A DNA stretch of 64,000 bases from Takakia lepidozioides (lineage: Eukaryota > Plantae > Bryophyta), in NCBI GenBank assembly GCA_030704615.1, contig CM060734.1:41354001-41418000 (forward strand), given 5' to 3'. A program made the translations under genes and the position numbers. The notes under the pieces are model-generated. The model ran no database searches, had not been told where the DNA came from, and saw nothing but the letters and a program-made list of their open reading frames with translations. Numbering within the stretch: position 1 is the stretch's first letter; each line of letters opens with the position of its first letter. This document shows positions 61,344 through 64,000 of the stretch, piece by piece.

Positions 61344-63294
61344 TTTTTTGCAGCAGAAGTAGCTGTACTTTTTTTTTCCCTCTGTACAATTTCTGTTGCT
61401 TATCTCACATGCTTGGTTCAGGCATCAAAAAGGCTCTTAGGTCTTACGGGACCCACAGATTTGGTAGATCATGTAAAGGGCAGCAGTGGGAGAAAAAGAT
61501 GGGGGAAGTGGCAAATTGCATAATCACTGCCAAGGTAGTCCATGAGTAAGTCTCTTTTCTGACATTCTTCTTTCCAGTGATGGTAGCGGACAACAAGGGA
61601 GCAGTTGTTTTCTAGCATAAGTTTGTTGATATCAGGCCATGCATGGTTGAGTTTTTGGTGCCACAGTGACACGTCCAGATGAACTTCTCTAGAGGCCACT
61701 GCCCAGTGACATGCTCTGCCGTTGTAAAGTACATTATAGTTGAAGTTCTTATCAAGACAGCTTATTGAGCATGAGCAGCTGTCAGTCAAAAGAATGGTGG
61801 AGTTGTGCACTTCACAGACAATGATTTTGGCAGTAATTTGTTGGATGCTGGCTGGGACTCCATGACTACGTGTTTATCAGGGTGGATTGAAAACTTCTGG
61901 AGCTGTCAGGTGATACTATATAATGGTAGCATACAGGAAAGGGACCAAGTTATAAGTCTGTTCCCTAAATGAAAATGGCCACATTGCATGTGCGAGAGTA
62001 CCGGGGATGATCCAGGAGAGGTGGGGGTGCCTGCAAGTGCACTCATGGCAATCAGGCCATTGGCTTGTTGACAGATCAAAGCATGAGATGTTGTGAGGGA
62101 CAAAACATACCTCTCCTGCTGTCTTCTATGGGGTGGAGCTGCAGTGCAGCTTCGAGCAATGGAGGACAAGTAAGCAATTCGAAGACTTGCCACGCATTGA
62201 ATGTGTGGGCCCTGTCCATTAGAGGATGGTCCAGGAATTAAAAAGGGGGATATATAGTAATCTACACAAGGATTTGAATAAATAACCCCCGTGTAAGGGG
62301 TCGATAAAAAAGACAGCAGGAAGGCGATAGCTATTAAATGAGGATGGTTCAGACCCCAAATTCGGGTAAGCAAAGTACAGGTGTCAAGTGGCGGTGGCCG
62401 GGCAACTTTCTAGAAATGCTTACTCTATGAGGGGGTATATAGAGAAGAGGAGCGCTCTCCTCCCCTCCTTCTTAACACTAACTTATTAAGTTAGTACCTA
62501 CTTTAGTGGGCTCTGCACAGGCAGGGCCCCAAAAAGAGATGCAAACATGAACCAAAGGTGGGGAGTCCTAAAAGATAGGAGTATCTCTCTGAGATCTAAA
62601 AGAACATGAAGATGTAATACAACATTGCATGTTTCTAAAGCTACTGAGCTTCTGGTTTCATGGTGGCTTGGGGGTCATAAGCTTTCAGAAGAAGCATATG
62701 TACGAATCCACCATAGTAAGAAGAATAAATATTATGAAGATTAGGTTGCTAACCTGCTTGCCAGATAGCTTTTAGTAAGAAAGATATTTTGTAAATTCCA
62801 CAGGAAGGCCCAGGACAGAGTAGAACAAGATAAGCATCTATGGTTATTCCAATCGTTTATTGTGGACGGGTGGATAGTAAGACTAATCTCCTCGTTCTCT
62901 GCAGCCTGTAGCTAGAGTTCATTGCCCGCAAAATCACACACACCTACTATCCAGCACATGAGAATGCAGACAAACAATGTTAACAACAACAGCACAGAAG
63001 TAAAACCTCTCAATCAATAAAACGTGAAGCGCAGAGGCAGCAGATGATCTACCTACAACTGCAGAATACATATACTACATGTGGCATTCCATAACACAAA
63101 ATGGCAGCTATGATAGTCGCTTGCGCTCAACCCTCCTAATTTTGAATCAACAGTGTTGTTGGCAAGAAAACATGGGAGTGATCATCTTGGGATCCAGCGA
63201 GTCTTCTTCAATCTATGCAGACAACCCCTAACTTAGCTCTCATTCTTTCGCCTGACCGTCCTCTCCCAAATGGCTGGTGTTTGGCACAATACAC

Positions 63295-64000
63295 CTTACA
63301 GGTCAGTAATATTCCTTCCCTGTTGGGGTCTCACTCTTATATCGACTATCACGGCAGCTGCAGCCAGTCCTGCCCCAACCCCCCACGCAACCCTTCTACC
63401 TATACCGGAAGTCTCGATCAACAGTTAGGAAGATGTGGAGAGAGAAAAATCACAATTCAATGTATCCATCTCACAGCATGTAGGCTGTTAAACAACCAGC
63501 AACCAATTAGACCTTGCACAGTTCTCCTCGCTCAGGGACTTGCTCAACTTTCTTCAAATTACACCAACATAGATCAGAAGGCGTGTTTAACTGCGAAGTC
63601 GCACTGTATTGATGAGTCTTAATGCACCCACCCAGCTGCTTGCTCCCACCAAACGAGAAGGCGATTTGCTCAACCCTACCTCGAAACCGGAACACACGGA
63701 GCCTGACGTGAAACCACCCAGTATACCGTTCCAAACATCTTTCTTCTCTCGGATCGAGGGCGCTGCTACTGCATCTAAATGTGAAGGCAAAGATACCCCC
63801 GAACGCGGCGTAGGTCTCACCATGATTCAGCATCATACTTCGTGTCCTGCCACGCCGCAGTTATGGCTCCAAGGACGTTGCCCATCACAAAGCTAGACAC
63901 CGTTGCACTCCCCGTCTTTGAAGGTGATGCAGGTATCACACTCTAGGTCTCGTATTTCGGCGGGGCCATACAAGTCGGGATCCGGGACCTTATCAGTTGA
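63295..64000 (-). pseudogene. OEP16-3 / complex I B14.7 (Tim17/22/23 family) pseudogene, 5' end at the window edge
   Basis: PAEIRDLE..KTGSATVSSFVMGNVLGAITAAWQD / MMLNHGETYAAFGGIFAFT / IREKKDVWNGILGGFTSG / GVGAGLAAAAVIVD..GKEYY, joined only through several frameshifts and an internal deletion. Confidence 0.7.

Overview
Eukaryotic nuclear DNA from a gene-dense, intron-containing land-plant genome. The PLS-DYW PPR style and transposon content suggest a non-seed plant (bryophyte/lycophyte-like); that is inference. Conserved genes, in order: 3' part of a DnaJ C50/ERdj7 (DNAJC25-like) gene, TOM20, mitochondrial CPN10 (divergent with SYF1), SYF1/XAB2, LRR-ARM-patatin phospholipase A I, a PLS-DYW PPR editing factor, and FACT subunit SPT16, ending in an OEP16-3/B14.7-like pseudogene. 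An accessory zone (~32-56 kb) holds a decayed intron-containing Crypton-like tyrosine-recombinase gene split by a ~7.2 kb nested insert (ParB-like gene, palindromic inverted-repeat array, captured PPR fragment, telomeric repeats), PPR/DYW debris, LINE/SINE remnants, and an intact intronless 855-aa four-domain RNA end-healing/sealing enzyme (2H phosphoesterase + CX5R phosphatase + P-loop kinase + RNA ligase). That enzyme is the best candidate for a novel, possibly horizontally acquired system. A second highlight: splicing an upstream exon onto the PPR-DYW ORF rebuilds an OSB-type PDF ssDNA-binding motif fused to an RNA-editing deaminase. Exon boundaries and homologies were read by eye; no database searches were run.
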